Shown one piece after another: positions 25,894-34,927 of a DNA stretch of 34,927 nt. Each line of letters starts with the position of its first letter. Position 1 is the first letter of the stretch. Below the pieces are notes generated by a model. That model was given only the letters and a program-made list of their open reading frames with translations, made no database searches and was not told where the DNA came from. The position numbers were made by a program, and so were the translations under genes. The DNA lies in assembly GCA_964372275.1 (NCBI GenBank), contig CAYJRR010000040.1:1-34927 (forward strand), given 5' to 3'. The DNA comes from an uncultured bacterium. GTDB taxonomy: Bacteria > CAYJRR01.

Positions 25894-26862
25894 ATGACGA
25901 CGCACGATTCGACCCCGATGGTGGAAGCGAAGGCGCTCCGCAAGGAGTACGGGACGACGCGCGCGGTCTCCGACGTTTCGTTCCGGATCTCCCGGGGTGA
26001 AGTGGTGGGGTTCCTCGGTCCCAACGGCGCCGGTAAGAGCACCACCATGAAGCTCCTCACCGGCTACCTTCGGCCGACCGCCGGTACCGCGTTCGTCGCC
26101 GGCATCCCGGTCGATCGGTCGCCGCTCGAAGCGCGCCGCCGTCTCGGCTACCTCCCCGAGAACGCGCCGCTCTACGACGATCTGCAGGTGATCGACTTCC
26201 TCGAGTACGTCGCGAGGCTCCGCGGGATTGCCCGCCCGAAGCTGAAGGTGTTGTGCGAGCGGTGCGGCATCGTCGACGTCCTGGGCAAGGACATCGGACA
26301 GCTTTCGAAGGGCTACCGGCAGCGGGTCGGCCTGGCGCAGGCGATGCTGCACGATCCCGATCTCTTGATCCTCGACGAGCCGACGACCGGCCTCGACCCC
26401 AACCAGATCGTCGAGATCCGGGAGCTGATCCGCGACCTGGGCCGCGAGAAGACGGTGCTGCTTTCGACGCACATCCTTCCGGAGGTCCAGGCCGTCTGCG
26501 ACCGGATCCTGATCCTCCACGACGGGACGATCGTCGCCGACGACTCGCCGGCGGCGCTGACCGGCGGCGGGGCCGGCGCGGCGGTGCGCGTCGTCCTCCG
26601 CGGAAAGGCCGGCGGCGCGATCGACGCCGGCGCGGCGCGGGCGGCGTTGGCGCGGTTGCCGGGGGTCCACGAAGCGCGCGGCGCCGCAACCGACGAGCCG
26701 GGCGCCGTGGCCGTCGACGTGCGCGCCGCCGGCACGGCCGACCCGCGCGAGGCGATCTTCGGCGCGGCGGTCGAGCACGGGTGGGTGCTGGTGGAGCTCA
26801 CGCGCGAGCGCGCATCGCTCGAAGAGACGTTCCGGCGTTTGACGCGGGTGGCGAATGGATAA
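25894..26862 (+). CDS. ABC transporter ATP-binding protein (GldA-like)
   Basis: GPNGAGKST, GYLPE, LSKGYRQRVGLAQA, ILDEPT and STHILPEV. Confidence 0.95.
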   Translation: MTTHDSTPMVEAKALRKEYGTTRAVSDVSFRISRGEVVGFLGPNGAGKSTTMKLLTGYLRPTAGTAFVAGIPVDRSPLEARRRLGYLPENAPLYDDLQVIDFLEYVARLRGIARPKLKVLCERCGIVDVLGKDIGQLSKGYRQRVGLAQAMLHDPDLLILDEPTTGLDPNQIVEIRELIRDLGREKTVLLSTHILPEVQAVCDRILILHDGTIVADDSPAALTGGGAGAAVRVVLRGKAGGAIDAGAARAALARLPGVHEARGAATDEPGAVAVDVRAAGTADPREAIFGAAVEHGWVLVELTRERASLEETFRRLTRVANG

Positions 26863-27574
26863 CGTCCTCACCATCGCGCGCCGGGAGATGAAGGGGTTCT
26901 TCGACTCGCCGGTCGCCTACATCGTCGTCACCGCCTTCCTGCTCGTCGCCGGGTGGATGTACTTCGGGACGCTGTTCCTGGGCGGACGCGCCGACATGCG
27001 CGCCTTCTTCGAGCCCTCCCCGTTCTCCCCGTCGATGCTGCTGGTGATCCTCTGCCCGGCCGTCACCATGAGGCTGATCGCCGAAGAGCGGAAGGCCGGA
27101 ACGATCGAGCTGCTCACCACGCTCCCGGTGCGCGATTGGGAGGTGATCCTCGGGAAGTTCCTCGGCGCCTGGGGACTGACGGCGGCGGCGCTGGCGCTCA
27201 CCGTCCCCTACGCCCTCAGCGTGCGGTCGATCGGCCCGCTCGACCTGGGTCCGGTCGCCGCCGGTTACCTGGGGATGCTGCTGTTCGCAGGTAGCCTGAC
27301 CGCGATCGGACTGCTCTGCTCGACCCTGACCGAGAACCAGGTGGTGGCGTTCATCGTCGGTTTCGTGATCGGCGCCGCGCTCTACTTCGTCTACTGGCTG
27401 CAGTTCCTCCTGCCGGCGGCGGTCGCGCCGATCGCCGAGTACGTCTCGGTCAGCTTCCACCTCGACAATCTCGCCCGCGGCGTGGTCGACAGCCGCGACG
27501 TCCTCTACTACCTGACGCTCGGCGGGGGGGCGCTCCTGCTGGCGGAGCGGGCGCTCGGCTGGAGGAAGGCGTGA
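26855..27574 (+). CDS. ABC-2 type permease (GldF-like)
   Basis: FFDSPVAY, PAVTMRLIAEERKAGTIELLTTLP, GKFLG, TENQVVAF and GVVDSRDVLYY. Confidence 0.92.
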   Translation: MDNVLTIARREMKGFFDSPVAYIVVTAFLLVAGWMYFGTLFLGGRADMRAFFEPSPFSPSMLLVILCPAVTMRLIAEERKAGTIELLTTLPVRDWEVILGKFLGAWGLTAAALALTVPYALSVRSIGPLDLGPVAAGYLGMLLFAGSLTAIGLLCSTLTENQVVAFIVGFVIGAALYFVYWLQFLLPAAVAPIAEYVSVSFHLDNLARGVVDSRDVLYYLTLGGGALLLAERALGWRKA

Positions 27575-29163
27575 TGAGCGACCGCCGGATCCGTCTCTAC
27601 GCCGTCCTCGCCAGCCTGGTGCTGGCGAACCTGCTCGGGCTGACGCTCTACACGCGCCTCGACTGGACGCGCGACAAGGAGTTCACCCTCTCGCCGGCCA
27701 CGCGCTCTACGCTCGAGACGCTGAAGGACCCGATCACCGTCCGCGCCTACTTCACCCAGGACCTGCCGCCCCCCTACTCGTCCAACGCCCGGTTCGTGCG
27801 CGACCTGCTCGAGGAGTACCACGCCGCCGCCGACGGTCAGCTCAGCTTCGAGTTCCTCGATCCCCTGGAGGAGGAGACCGGCGAGGACAAGGAGAAGAAG
27901 AAGGAGACCCAGGTCGACCTGTTCGGCCGCACGGTGCGCGAGGCGACCCGCGTCGAGCAAGAGCTGCAATCGCTCGGCATTCCGGCGGTGCAGGTGCGCT
28001 CCAACGAGTCGGACAAGATGGAGGTCAAGCGCGCCTACATGGGGTTGAGCGTGCGCTACCGCGAGAAACAGGAGTCGATTCCGGTCGTGCGCGAGACGGC
28101 GGGGCTGGAGTACGACCTGACCTCGTTGATCCGCAAGATGGTGCGCGCCGAGCCGCCCCGTCTGGGGCTGGTGACCGGCTTCGGCGGTCCCGATCCGGCC
28201 AAGGACATGCAGCGCGTCCGGGTGCTGCTGGACCAGATCTACGACGTGTCGGAGATCGACCTCTCCGCCGTCCCCACCATCGCCGACGAGATCGACGGAC
28301 TGCTGGTGGTCGGGCCCGAACGCCCCGTCTCCGAGGAGGCGAAGCAGGCGATCGACCGCTTCGTCACCTCCGGAAAGCCGGCCGCCTTCCTCGTCGACGC
28401 CGCGAAGATCGACCTCCAGACGCTGCAGGCGACGCCGGTCGAGCACGGACTGAGTCCGCTGCTCGAGGCCTACGGCGCGCGGATCGACGAGGGGTTGGTC
28501 GCCGACGCCGAATGCGCCACCCTGAACGTTTCCCAGCGGCGCGGGAACATGATCATCACGCAGCCGGTGCGATACCCGCTGCTCCCCTTCCCGAAGGGGC
28601 TCGATCCGGACCACCCCGTCACCCGCGGGATCGGCGGCGTCTCCTTCCCGTTCACCAGCCCGCTGGCGGTGAAGCCGGCGACCGGAGTCGACGCGGAGAC
28701 GATCGTGCGCTCGTCGACGAACGCCGGCGTGATCAAAGCGCCCTACGACATCGATCCGATGCAACGGTGGACGGTCGACCGGGTGAGCGATACGGGTGAG
28801 AAGGCGTTGGTGGTGGCGCTCAAGGGGGCGATCCCCAGCGCATTCGGCGGCTCCGCCGCCGTGTCGGGACGGGTCTTCGTCGCCGGCGGATCGAGCTTCC
28901 TCCAGGACCGGTACTTGAGCCGCGGAAACGAGGCGCTGGTGCTCAATCTGGTCGACTGGATGCTCCTCGACGATGCGCTACTCTCGATTCGCACCCGGGG
29001 CTTGCGCGCCGCGCCGCTCGCCGAGCTGTCGGACGCCAAGCGCCGCGCGGTGAAGTACGCCAACATCGCCGGGCTGCCGGCCGCCTTCGTCGGATTCGGC
29101 CTGCTGCGCTGGCGCGTGCGCGAGAAGCGCCGCGGCCAAGCCCGCTCGAGGATCGAGGCATGA
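27574..29163 (+). CDS. GldG family ABC auxiliary component
   Basis: RLDWTRDKEFTLSPAT, FEFLDP, LEYDLTSLI, NLVDWM...LLSIR and a C-terminal TM helix. Start is GTG 27571 or ATG 27574. Confidence 0.9.
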   Translation: MSDRRIRLYAVLASLVLANLLGLTLYTRLDWTRDKEFTLSPATRSTLETLKDPITVRAYFTQDLPPPYSSNARFVRDLLEEYHAAADGQLSFEFLDPLEEETGEDKEKKKETQVDLFGRTVREATRVEQELQSLGIPAVQVRSNESDKMEVKRAYMGLSVRYREKQESIPVVRETAGLEYDLTSLIRKMVRAEPPRLGLVTGFGGPDPAKDMQRVRVLLDQIYDVSEIDLSAVPTIADEIDGLLVVGPERPVSEEAKQAIDRFVTSGKPAAFLVDAAKIDLQTLQATPVEHGLSPLLEAYGARIDEGLVADAECATLNVSQRRGNMIITQPVRYPLLPFPKGLDPDHPVTRGIGGVSFPFTSPLAVKPATGVDAETIVRSSTNAGVIKAPYDIDPMQRWTVDRVSDTGEKALVVALKGAIPSAFGGSAAVSGRVFVAGGSSFLQDRYLSRGNEALVLNLVDWMLLDDALLSIRTRGLRAAPLAELSDAKRRAVKYANIAGLPAAFVGFGLLRWRVREKRRGQARSRIEA

Positions 29164-30647
29164 GCCGGTCGACGGCGGCGGCGCTCGGACTCCTGGCCGT
29201 GCTGCTCGTGGCCGGCGGATGGCGGCTCCTGGCGAAGAAGGAGAAGGGGGTCGAACGGCTCTCGTTCGCCACGGTCGACACGGCCTCCGTCGACCGGGTG
29301 GAGATCGCCGGACCGAAGCCGGCGGAGCTGGTGAAGGCCGACGGGTCCTGGAGTCTGAACGGACGCCCGGCCGACGCGGGGGCGGTCAAGGCGTTGCTCG
29401 ACGCCGTCCCGAGGATCGAGTCGGCCGACGTGACGACCCGCGATCCCGGACGTTACGCCGAGCTGGAAGTCGACGACGCAAACGGGACGCGCGTGCGGAT
29501 TTCCGCCGCCGGTCGCGAAGTCGCCGCCTTCACGGTCGGAAAGTCGGCGCCGCGCGGCGTCTACCTGCGCGCCGGCAAGAGCGTCTTCGCCGTCGCCAAG
29601 GTCTATCCCGCCACCTTCGCCAAGGACCGGTCGGCGTGGCTCGACCGGAAGCTGTTCGCCGAGAAGGCGGGCGACGTCACACGGGTCGACGTCACACGAG
29701 CCGGCGGGACGCGATTCGCGCTGGTGCGGAACGGCGCCAACGAATGGTCGGTCGATCCGCCCGGCCTCCTGCCGAAGGGCTTCCGGTTCGACGCCGCGGC
29801 GGCGCGCTCGTTCGCCCACCAGCTCGCGGGCCTCAGGGCCCAGCAGGTGCTGGAGTCCGATCCCGGCGACGGGACGACCGGCCTCGGTGCGGCCGACCGG
29901 CTGGTGATGACGATCGGCACCGCCGGCAACGTCACGCGCGAGCTGGCACTCGGCGGCGATCTCGAAGGCGGAGGGGATGCCTACGCGCGCGCGAGCACCC
30001 GCGCCGACGTGGTGACGATCGCCGCGGCGTCGTCGAAGACGCTGCGCAAGAACCCCACCGATCTGCGCGATCTCACCGTGATGAAGGTCGACCGCGCCAA
30101 GGTGACGGGGCTGACCGTCGAGGAGGGTGGCCGGCGTCTCGCGTTCCGGAAGAAGGACGGCGCCTGGACCCTCGCCTCAACCAGCGAGAAGAGGCCCGAC
30201 GGGTTCGAGCTCGACCCGGCGGCGGTCGATCGAAAGGTCGCGTCGGTCTTGTCGCTGCGCGGCGTCGACCTCGCGCCGCCGGGATCGGCGGCCGGCATCG
30301 GCGGGTCGAAGGTGACGTTGCGCCTCGAGGACGGCACGACGGCGGCGGTCCACTTCGGCCGGGAGACGAAAGACGGGACGCAGGAACTGGTGTTCGCCCG
30401 GGGGAACGCCGACGGCGCGACCTACCGGGTCGCGAAGGGGGTCTGGAAGGACCTGCTCGCCGGGCTGGACAGCTACCGCAAGCGCGCACCGACCCCCGAG
30501 TTCGACCCCTCGTCGATGCAAGGGCTCCCCCCCGAGGTCCGCGAAGCGTTCCGCAAGCAGGCCGCCGAGAAGAAGGCGCAACAGGAGATGCTGCAGAAGA
30601 TCCTCCGGCAGCAGACGGCGTCGCCGCCCCCGACCGGCACGAATTGA
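29160..30647 (+). CDS. DUF4340 domain-containing protein
   Basis: N-terminal anchor, repeated units (WLDRKLF, DLRDLTV), fourth gene of a GldAFG-like operon. Confidence 0.82.
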   Translation: MSRSTAAALGLLAVLLVAGGWRLLAKKEKGVERLSFATVDTASVDRVEIAGPKPAELVKADGSWSLNGRPADAGAVKALLDAVPRIESADVTTRDPGRYAELEVDDANGTRVRISAAGREVAAFTVGKSAPRGVYLRAGKSVFAVAKVYPATFAKDRSAWLDRKLFAEKAGDVTRVDVTRAGGTRFALVRNGANEWSVDPPGLLPKGFRFDAAAARSFAHQLAGLRAQQVLESDPGDGTTGLGAADRLVMTIGTAGNVTRELALGGDLEGGGDAYARASTRADVVTIAAASSKTLRKNPTDLRDLTVMKVDRAKVTGLTVEEGGRRLAFRKKDGAWTLASTSEKRPDGFELDPAAVDRKVASVLSLRGVDLAPPGSAAGIGGSKVTLRLEDGTTAAVHFGRETKDGTQELVFARGNADGATYRVAKGVWKDLLAGLDSYRKRAPTPEFDPSSMQGLPPEVREAFRKQAAEKKAQQEMLQKILRQQTASPPPTGTN

Positions 30648-30680
30648 CAGGCGCGCGGAACGAGGGCATCCATTCGGACC

Positions 30681-31667
30681 GTGCCCTCCTCCTCCCGCCC
30701 GCGCGTCGTCTTCTACGGACTCGGAACGATCGGGCGCGGCGCGCTCCGGCTGGCGCTGGAGAGCGGGAGCGTGCAGGTGGTCGGCGGCGTCGATCCGCGG
30801 AAGGACGTCGCCGGGCGGGACCTCGGCGAGCTGGTCGACCTGAAGAAGGTCGGCGTGCGCGTCTCGAGATCGCTCGGCGAGGCGCTGGACGGCGTCGAGG
30901 CCGACGCGGCGATCCACGCCACCGAGAGCCGGGTGCAACTCGTCGCCGGCCAGCTTCGCGAGCTGGTCGACGAGGGGCTCGCCGTCGTCACCTCGTGCGA
31001 AGAGATGATCTTCCCCTGGCACGCGGCGCCGAAGGAGGCGGACCTCCTCGATCGGCGCGCGCACGACCGCGGCGTCTGCATCTACGGGGCGGGCGTGAAC
31101 CCCGGCTTCGTCATGGACCGCCTGCCGGTGGCGGCCCTCCAGGCGACCAGCCGTGTCCGACAGGTGCTGATCCGCCGGGTCGTCGACTCGCTCACGCGCC
31201 GACCCCAACTCCGGGCCAAGACCGGTGCCGGCATGACGCCGGACGCATTCGAACGGCAGGTCGCCGCCGGGCGGATGGGGCACATGGGACTGACCGAGAG
31301 CGCCCTGTTCATCGCCCGCGCCCTGGAGCGGATGGGACACAAGGGGGTCGAGAAAGTCTCGTCGAAGACCGAGGCGGCGCTCGCCGCGGTCGAGATCCCC
31401 GCGCCCGAGGCCAGGATCCCCAAGGGGATGGTCGCCGGCGTGCATCAGGTCTGCGAGGTGACGCTCAAGGACAAGACGGCGATCCGACTCGACCTGACGA
31501 TCGCCGCCGGCGTAGGCAGCCCCGGGGACTCGGTGGAGATCGACGGGGACCCGCCCGTGCGCCTGGAGATCCAGGGCGGCATCGCGGGCGATATCGCGAC
31601 GGCCGCGGCGCTCGTCAACGCCGTTCCCGTGGCGCTGGCGGCGCCGTCCGGCATCGCCCGCGAGTGA
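30681..31667 (+). CDS. NAD(P)-dependent amine dehydrogenase, dihydrodipicolinate-reductase-like / 2,4-diaminopentanoate dehydrogenase (Ord)-like
   Basis: GLGTIG, VVTSCEEM, GAGVNPGFVMD, KTGAG, GHMGL and GGIAGDIATAA...VNAVP. Confidence 0.82.
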   Translation: MPSSSRPRVVFYGLGTIGRGALRLALESGSVQVVGGVDPRKDVAGRDLGELVDLKKVGVRVSRSLGEALDGVEADAAIHATESRVQLVAGQLRELVDEGLAVVTSCEEMIFPWHAAPKEADLLDRRAHDRGVCIYGAGVNPGFVMDRLPVAALQATSRVRQVLIRRVVDSLTRRPQLRAKTGAGMTPDAFERQVAAGRMGHMGLTESALFIARALERMGHKGVEKVSSKTEAALAAVEIPAPEARIPKGMVAGVHQVCEVTLKDKTAIRLDLTIAAGVGSPGDSVEIDGDPPVRLEIQGGIAGDIATAAALVNAVPVALAAPSGIARE

Positions 31668-31681
31668 TATACTTCGCGTCG

Positions 31682-32197
31682 ATGTTCCGTCTGTGGGCCG
31701 CGCTCCTCGTCGCGGTGAGCCTTCTCGGCTGCGGGAAGAAAGATCCCAATCTGATCGCCTGGCCGGTCTATTCGGACCGGGTCAAGCTGATCCTGGCGGA
31801 GTACGACCAGGCGATGAACGAGGTGGGGGACATCGACATCAAGCTCACGCCGGTGCAGCAGGCCGACGGCAAGGTCGGAGCGCAGATCAATCCGCAGCAG
31901 GCGATCGAGCGGATCGAGAAGGAGGTGATCCCCCGCCTCCAGCGCGCCAAAGCGATGGCGGACGGGCTCAAGACCCCCAACGCCAAGCTGATCACCCAGA
32001 TCCACGCCACGCTCGCGACGTCGTTGGCGCTGAAGCTCGACGGCTACGTGACGATGGTCGCCGCCTTCCGCGGCCGGGATCCTCAGAAATACGACCAGGG
32101 GATCCAGAAGCTGACGTCCGGGGCCGACCAACTCGGCTCCTACCGCAAGATCTTCTCCGATTCGCTCGCCGCCGGCGGCCCCGTCCTGCCGAAATAG
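31682..32197 (+). CDS. Hypothetical helical lipoprotein
   Basis: MFRLWAALLVAVSLLGC lipobox and strong codon bias. It is the real C-terminal part of the 992-aa shadow ORF. Confidence 0.8.
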   Translation: MFRLWAALLVAVSLLGCGKKDPNLIAWPVYSDRVKLILAEYDQAMNEVGDIDIKLTPVQQADGKVGAQINPQQAIERIEKEVIPRLQRAKAMADGLKTPNAKLITQIHATLATSLALKLDGYVTMVAAFRGRDPQKYDQGIQKLTSGADQLGSYRKIFSDSLAAGGPVLPK

Positions 32198-32213
32198 CGG
32201 TATCCTTTCCTTC

Positions 32214-33386
32214 ATGGGCGGAACTCCGACCTCCCCCTCCCCCGGCGGCTACCAGAACGTCTACGCCCTGCAGATCGCCGCCATGCTGCGGCCGGTCAAG
32301 CCGTTCCTCGAAAGCCCGAAGATCTCCGAGATCATGATCAACGGCTGCGACGACGTCTGGGTCGAGATCGGCGGGAAGCTCAAGAAGACCGACGTGAAGT
32401 TCGACGGCGAGGAGGAGCTCCTCGGCGCGGTCCGGGCGATCGCCCAGTTCGTCGGCAAGGGGTTCGACAAGGATCATCCCCGACTCGACGCACGGCTTCC
32501 CGACGGCTCGCGCGTGGCGGCGACGATGCCGCCGGTGACGCGCAAGGGGATCTGCGTCTCGATCCGGCGCTTCTTCTCCGAGAAGCTGACGATGCAGCAG
32601 CTGTTGAGCTTCGGGTCGATCTCGCAGGACGCGGTGGAGTTCCTGCGCGTCTGCGTGGAGATGAAGAAGAACATCCTCATCTCCGGCGGCACCGGTTCGG
32701 GGAAGACGTCGCTCCTGAACGTGATCACCGGGCTCGTCCCCCGCGAGGAGCGGATCCTGATCCTGGAAGACGTCCGCGAGCTGCAGCCGCAGGGGGAGCA
32801 CCTGGTGCAGATGGAATGCGCCCCCGGGGACAAGGAGGGGCACGGGCGGGTGGAGATGAAGGACCTGCTCCATTCGACGCTACGGATGCGGCCCGACCGG
32901 ATCATCGTCGGCGAGATCCGCGGCGGCGAGGCGCTCGACCTGCTCAACGCCATGAACTCCGGCCACGGCGGGTCATTGGCCACGATCCACGCCTCCAGCC
33001 CGCCGCAGGCGCTGCAAAAGCTCGAGACCCTCACCCTCTACTCCGGGTTCGACCTGCCGCTGTTCGCGGTGCGATCGATGGTCTCCTACGCCATCGAGAT
33101 CGTGGTGCAGGCGTCGCGCTACAAGGACGGAAGCCGGAAGCTGGCGAACATCGCCGAAGTCCTGCCGCTCAAGCCCGACGGGACCTACGCCACCCAGGAC
33201 ATCTTCCGGTTCGAGTACGCGGGGACCGACGACCAGAATCGGGTCCAGGGGCAGGTGCTCTGGACCGGGCAGGTCCCGGGATGGCTCGACGAGATCGAAG
33301 CGCACGGGGTGCAATACGACCGAAACATCTTCCACCCCTCGAAGAAGCCGAAGGGTCCGCCGCGACCGGCTTCCGGCGGGCATTGA
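32214..33386 (+). CDS. CpaF/TadA family pilus assembly ATPase
   Basis: [23 protein letters not shown], Walker [16 protein letters not shown] and [18 protein letters not shown]...[14 protein letters not shown]. Confidence 0.95.
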   Translation: MGGTPTSPSPGGYQNVYALQIAAMLRPVKPFLESPKISEIMINGCDDVWVEIGGKLKKTDVKFDGEEELLGAVRAIAQFVGKGFDKDHPRLDARLPDGSRVAATMPPVTRKGICVSIRRFFSEKLTMQQLLSFGSISQDAVEFLRVCVEMKKNILISGGTGSGKTSLLNVITGLVPREERILILEDVRELQPQGEHLVQMECAPGDKEGHGRVEMKDLLHSTLRMRPDRIIVGEIRGGEALDLLNAMNSGHGGSLATIHASSPPQALQKLETLTLYSGFDLPLFAVRSMVSYAIEIVVQASRYKDGSRKLANIAEVLPLKPDGTYATQDIFRFEYAGTDDQNRVQGQVLWTGQVPGWLDEIEAHGVQYDRNIFHPSKKPKGPPRPASGGH

Positions 33387-33417
33387 CCGCTCCCGGCCGG
33401 CGTACGATCATCCGCCG

Positions 33418-33876
33418 ATGCTCTCCGCCCTCCGCCGAGGGGCCCTCGGGGCCGCGCTCGCCGTCTTCGGCCTGGTCGCGGCCTCGGGCTGTGATGTCGC
33501 CGACCGGCTGTTCGGCGGCGACGGCGGCGGCGACTCCGACACCCTTCGGCTCCAGTCGATCGAGATCTCGAGCGATCGTCCGGTCGATCCGGCGGCCCCC
33601 ACCGGCCCGGCCTCGGTCGCGGTCGGCACCACGATCCGCTTCACCGCGACCGGCACCTACCTCAACCTGGACGAGGAGACGACCAGCACCCGCGACGTCA
33701 CCGGTTCGGTCGTCTGGACCAGCAGCGATCCGGCCTACGCCCTCCCCGCCTCCGACGGCCGGTTGCAGGTGACGACCAACGGCTCCGCGTCGATCTCCGC
33801 TTCGTCCCCGGCGGTCGGCGACATCCCGGCGCTCGAGAGCAACGTCATCACGCTCACCACCGACACCTCGACATGA
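33418..33876 (+). CDS. Lipoprotein with bacterial Ig-like (Big_2-like) domain
   Basis: Lipobox ASGC and VAVGTTIRFTATGTY...RDVTGSVVWTSSDP. Confidence 0.8.
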   Translation: MLSALRRGALGAALAVFGLVAASGCDVADRLFGGDGGGDSDTLRLQSIEISSDRPVDPAAPTGPASVAVGTTIRFTATGTYLNLDEETTSTRDVTGSVVWTSSDPAYALPASDGRLQVTTNGSASISASSPAVGDIPALESNVITLTTDTST

Positions 33877-34826
33877 GAGTTCGCCATAGCAGCGGGGACG
33901 AGCGTGGCGCGCGCCGGTTCTCGGCGGCCGTCGCGCTTCTCGCCGCGACTGCCGCCGCCTGCCAGCCGGATGCGCCCCCCACGGCCGACGAGTCGGTGGT
34001 GGCGGTGAAGGTCTCGCCCGAGAATCCGGTCGTCCAGGTGGGCGCCGCCTTCGCCTTCAGCGCGATCGCCTACCAGGTGAACGGCGAAGGGCGCGATGTC
34101 ACCGACGATCCGGCGACCGACTGGGATTCGACCGACGCCGACGTGTTGCAGGTCAACGCCGACGGGAGCGCCGAGGCCAAGGCGGAAGGGGAGGCCTACG
34201 TCACCGCCTCGGTCGGCACGCTCACCAGTCCCGCGCAGAAGGTGACAGTCGAAGCGATTCCGACGACACCGCCGCCGACGCCGACACCGACCCCCGCGCC
34301 GAGCGCGAGCCACGTGGTGATCAGCGAGGTGATGTACGACCCGGCAACGAGCGAGCCGACGACGGAGTACGTCGAGCTCCACAATCCGACCGGCTCGACC
34401 GTCTCGATCGCCGGCTGGAAGATCAACACCAAGAACGACACCGCGGGCTCCGGCTTCACCTTCGGTCCGGGCTACACCATCCCGGCGGGCGGTTATCTCG
34501 TCCTCGCCAACCACAAGGCGTCGTTCGACGGCAGCTACTCCCCCGCGGTGGCGACGACCGGCGGAATGCCGAGCATGACCAACACCGGAGAGTGGATCGT
34601 GCTGAAGGAGGCCGACGGAGACGTCGTCGACCACGTGATCTACGAGGCCGGGTACAGCGGCGGCACCGTCCCCCCCGAGTGGTGCGCCACCCCCGGCAGC
34701 CCGTCCGGAACCAGCAGCACGGGCAACCCTTCGAAGGGGATTTCGCGCAAGCCGGTCGATCGCGACGGCGACAACTGCAACGACTGGGTGAACAACACCC
34801 CCGCCACCCCCGGCGCCGTGAACTAG
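33873..34826 (+). CDS. Lipoprotein with Ig-like domain, Pro/Thr linker and lamin-tail (LTD) domain
   Basis: Lipobox AAAC, VKVSP...DVT...WDSTD, PTPTPTP linker and VVISEVMYDP...EYVELHNPT...IAGWKI...IPAGGYLVL. Confidence 0.85.
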   Translation: MRVRHSSGDERGARRFSAAVALLAATAAACQPDAPPTADESVVAVKVSPENPVVQVGAAFAFSAIAYQVNGEGRDVTDDPATDWDSTDADVLQVNADGSAEAKAEGEAYVTASVGTLTSPAQKVTVEAIPTTPPPTPTPTPAPSASHVVISEVMYDPATSEPTTEYVELHNPTGSTVSIAGWKINTKNDTAGSGFTFGPGYTIPAGGYLVLANHKASFDGSYSPAVATTGGMPSMTNTGEWIVLKEADGDVVDHVIYEAGYSGGTVPPEWCATPGSPSGTSSTGNPSKGISRKPVDRDGDNCNDWVNNTPATPGAVN

Positions 34827-34846
34827 CCTCTCCCGCCTGGGACATC

Positions 34847-34886
34847 GCGGGCGGGGGCCGGCCGGGCCCCGCAGCCCCCCGCCCGC
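34847..34886 (+). terminator. GC-rich hairpin downstream of the last gene
   Basis: 11-bp stem GCGGGCGGGGG / CCCCCGCCCGC with no U tract. Confidence 0.45.
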
Positions 34887-34927
34887 CCCCAGCCCCAGCG
34901 ACCCCACCGGATTCCAACCCCCCCCGC

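Noticed and set aside
1-34927. Frequent TCGA, GATC and CGATCG words read as a HIP1-like repeat system
   Set aside because: Plausibly explained by codon usage (GTC/CTC/ATC followed by GAN/GCN). A codon-controlled count would be needed and could not be run.
34887-34927. C-rich low-complexity tail at the window end (G-quadruplex-like on the minus strand)
   Set aside because: Truncated by the window edge, so it cannot be told apart from a low-complexity contig end or part of a palindromic element.

Overview
High-GC (roughly 70% by eye) bacterial chromosome segment. Lipoproteins, beta-barrel-like proteins, a PATAN/DUF4388-like protein, a GldAFG-DUF4340 operon and a CpaF ATPase suggest a diderm of Myxococcota/'deltaproteobacterial' type (inference). 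From left to right: (1) the tail of a membrane gene and an LTA-synthase/sulfatase-family gene; (2) a 1.4 kb pocket of small accessory genes and gene wreckage (ORF6N gene, a three-piece collinear copy of the LTA-synthase gene, a ParE-like/hypothetical chimera, a phage-like small gene); (3) a 13 kb minus-strand surface-glycan cluster encoding a TPP enzyme, SDR, AroB-like cyclase, FGGY kinase, GtrB-like GT2, GtrA, NeuB-like synthase, aldolase/citrate-lyase-like protein, epimerase, RfbF, RfbH and RfbG-like, interrupted by two small opposite-strand genes; (4) an AurF-like diiron protein, a CsgG-like protein, a lipoprotein and two beta-barrel-like genes, one with an internal stop; (5) rmlA-like, rmlB and rmlD; (6) a GldA/F/G-DUF4340 ABC operon, an Ord/DapB-like dehydrogenase, a lipoprotein, an isolated CpaF and two Ig-like lipoproteins. 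The best candidate for an undescribed system is the glycan cluster, which joins the CDP-3,6-dideoxyhexose pathway to a kinase/NeuB/AroB-like/TPP module and may make a branched or carbocyclic higher-carbon sugar. No rRNA, tRNA, CRISPR array, transposase or integrase was recognised. All family assignments come from motif recognition, not database searches.
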